Shown here in pieces: positions 61,601-64,000 of a DNA stretch of 64,000 bases. The notes beneath the pieces are model-generated. The model made no database searches. It worked only from the letters and a program-made list of their open reading frames with translations, and was not told the DNA's origin. Origin of the DNA: a virus (taxonomy: Duplodnaviria; Caudoviricetes); the IMG/VR virus record IMGVR_UViG_2907128583_000005, positions 96,001 through 160,000 of that record, one strand, 5' to 3'. Position 1 is the stretch's first letter. Each line of letters begins with the position of its first letter. A program made the position numbers and the translations under genes.

Positions 61601-62760
61601 TGTTATCACCTCCTTACATATATTATTATAACACATTTCATTATTTTTGTGTATATAAATTTGATAAATAGAGGAAAAATATTGAGGGAAAATGATGAGA
61701 TGAGTTATAGATATAGATATAGATATAGGCTATGAGGTGAGATGAATATATAGATATAATAGATTGATTAAAGTTGATTGATAGTTTGTATATATGAGTC
61801 TTATCTTGCGCTAATTCCGTTACAACTCGATTAAGGTGTTGTGTAGGTGCTATCCCCTATTGGTTATAGAGTTTGAAAATTCAAATTTAAAATCAGAATC
61901 CAAGTGTTTTTTGAAAATAATTTCCATATTTATAAACTGGTAGAGTATGGATATAGTTAGTCAATGCTTGATTGATGGATACTTCTAAATGCGCTACAAC
62001 TATGGTTTTACCTCATTTAGAATAGAGTAGTGGGGGGTAGTTTACATCCAGAGAGCACCTATTTTTTACAAATATGCCCCTAGCACTTCAACTCTCACGC
62101 TCAGTTTATTTTTTTAACTGATCATTTTCATTTATTACATCTTTGTAACTATTACATCATATTTTCAACTCATCTCAATCGTAACTTGAATCGTCAAACT
62201 CCTTATCTCTCCTATATTTTATCTCTCATTACAACTTTGTAACTACGCCCTTTTTGATCATTTTTATCTCTCCTGCATCAAATTATCCTTTTACTGTCTA
62301 TACTTTTACGATTCAATAGCCCCAAAACCAATCCAATATCCCCCACAACCCCTTATAACATATATGTTTTTCATCCATTTACTCTCAATTTACGATTCAA
62401 CTTTTTTTCATCGCGATTGAGATCTCCTCGGGGGTAATTTAACATCAAACGACAGTAAGATCCAACCATCCATATGATCATATATTTAATAGCACATACA
62501 TTATCAACTTTTACTTACACATACATACCCTATTAAACTGTTTGAATCTATTGTTCTAATATTTTTAAATTTTCAATTTTAACAGAACACAAAAAAAGAC
62601 AGCCACAATCGACTGTCCTATAATTCAACTTATTTAATAAAATTATTGTCAAGCTAACCACAACAAAAAACAACGACAGAGAGTTGGATGCGCGTTAGCG
62701 AAGACATACTCTAAATACTGTATATACATATCTAATATCTATATATCTATTACTAACTTA

Positions 62761-62862
62761 CTAGCCCCCAATTTCTCCAGGACATTTTGGGAGTGGTTCT
62801 TGGATTATTTGGGAGTGGATGTTGGATAAATTGGGAGTGGTTCTTGGATAAATTGGGACTAG
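62761..62862. repeat. 22-bp iterons (3 full plus 1 partial) with flanking inverted repeat; probable replication origin
   Basis: TTGGGAGTGG(T/A)T(C/G)TTGGAT at 62787, 62809, 62831; partial copy at 62853; AT-rich tract 62711-62760. Confidence 0.8.
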
Positions 62863-62868
62863 GTGTAT

Positions 62869-63546
62869 TTATAAGGTTTCTAGCCTATCGTAATTCAAAT
62901 AGTAATGGTTGTTATACTTATTGAATAATAGCTTACCCTCATCATCATATTGGTAACTGGTATGTATTGCATTCTTTTCAATGCTAAGTATCCCTTTTTC
63001 CTCTAGTTGCTTTGTATACTTAGGAATTGTGTTCTTGCTCATATTCAATTCTCTAGTCATGGTTGTTTCAATCCCCGGATAACAATACATCTTCTTACTA
63101 TTCGTATGATTTATATAACTTTTTAAATAATATAATATTCTTACTTCTTTTCTGTCTAACTTTCGATCTCTCATGGCATATAAAACATTTATGGGTAATT
63201 GAGTAAAGTATTCCGTCTCTTCTTTGCTGATAGAGGTCAAAAACTTATCCTTGTTCAAGGTAAGTAAGATGGGCTTATTTTGTTTTAACTCTTCAACTTC
63301 TTTCAGTAAATACCTCAGATTGTACAGTTCTTTGAATATAGTCTTTATCGTTTTATTATCTGAGATACAAAGATAATCTTTTACTTCTGTAGTAAATACT
63401 TCGAACTCAAACTTGTTCCCTGTCTTCCAATATAAATACTTCAGGTAAAATACAAATGCAAATCCATTTACGCTCAAGTTAGGATCTCTTACTACATCAT
63501 TTCTAATGAGAATGGTTTGTTTAACCGCTTTTTTGTTTTCATTCAT
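62869..63546 (-). CDS. Putative replication initiator (tandem winged-HTH)
   Basis: CYPGIETTMTRELNMSKNTIPKYTKQLEEKGIL; adjacent iterons. Confidence 0.7.
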   Translation of the reverse strand: MNENKKAVKQTILIRNDVVRDPNLSVNGFAFVFYLKYLYWKTGNKFEFEVFTTEVKDYLCISDNKTIKTIFKELYNLRYLLKEVEELKQNKPILLTLNKDKFLTSISKEETEYFTQLPINVLYAMRDRKLDRKEVRILYYLKSYINHTNSKKMYCYPGIETTMTRELNMSKNTIPKYTKQLEEKGILSIEKNAIHTSYQYDDEGKLLFNKYNNHYYLNYDRLETL

Positions 63547-63593
63547 ATTTGTCTTCCATCATTTACACAGATAAGTATTTTAATCTTATCTGC

Positions 63594-64000
63594 CTACCTT
63601 TCCTCCTTTTTATTAATTAATTTTTTAGCTTCTCTTTGCAGTATAATTTTAATGGATTCACTTTGCTTATTAATGATTTGCAGCAATTCTTCTTTATTTA
63701 GTTTTTCTAAGATATTTTCATCAATATCTTCTAACATCCGAATGCCTGCCATATTGGCATAGTCTTTATCGTCAGACATATAGTGTTTTAGTGAAGCATA
63801 GTTTGAATGTCCAAGTTGACTTCTAATCTCCTCAATGTCTCCACCAGTCTCTTTTATGTAGTTTGCCGCTACATTTCTAAAACTGTGGAAAACTATGTTT
63901 CTATCCTCAGAGATATTCATTTCAGCTCTTAAATTTTTCATCATCGCTAAGATTGTATTATCTGACAAATGGAATACATAGTTGTCATTATATTTTTTAT
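63594..64000 (-). CDS. Tyrosine recombinase, C-terminal part (5' end outside window)
   Basis: FHSFRN (H-x-x-R), LGH, catalytic Y (LKHY); frame open to window edge. Confidence 0.85.
   Translation of the reverse strand, partial: KKYNDNYVFHLSDNTILAMMKNLRAEMNISEDRNIVFHSFRNVAANYIKETGGDIEEIRSQLGHSNYASLKHYMSDDKDYANMAGIRMLEDIDENILEKLNKEELLQIINKQSESIKIILQREAKKLINKKEER

Larger units (their letters stand above)
1..64000 (-). mobile_element. SPbeta-like temperate phage (prophage or phage-plasmid): early, accessory, immunity and replication region
   Basis: Dense co-oriented small ORFs; YopQ/YopR-like pair; YonV-like helicase; YonT-like peptide; Gp157, Sak4-like, BRO, HNH and NT5C genes; AT-rich. Confidence 0.85.

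Overview
AT-rich 64 kb segment of a large SPbeta-like temperate phage (prophage or phage-plasmid) from a Bacillales host, probably Paenibacillaceae. It contains no virion structural genes. Most genes lie on the minus strand. Layout: (1) 1-25.2 kb and 33.8-53.1 kb are long arrays of small accessory genes, with a recombination/replication block (SSB-like protein, Sak4-like ATPase, Gp157) and a tRNA-Ile2(CAU). (2) 25.3-33.8 kb is the immunity/decision core: YopQ(DndB-like) and YopR/MrpR-like repressor genes, followed directly by a kinase-free agr-like peptide signalling operon (membrane sensor, AgrB, unannotated AgrD, LytTR-only regulator), plus an orphan MazF, an XRE gene and RsfA. (3) 53.3-64 kb holds a giant DNA methyltransferase fusion, a YonV-like helicase, a YonT-like type I TA locus, a perfect parS, an iteron origin with a Rep-like gene and a truncated tyrosine recombinase. 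Two observations stand out. First, about 57 copies (manual count) of a 16-bp palindromic site TAAAA-N6-TTTTA, each with a different spacer, sit at gene junctions and divide the accessory arrays into RBS-ORF-stop cassettes, suggesting an integron-like gene-cassette system. Second, the agr-like lactone-peptide circuit sits beside the master repressor, and no arbitrium genes are seen in this window. All protein calls come from motif recognition by eye; no database search was run.
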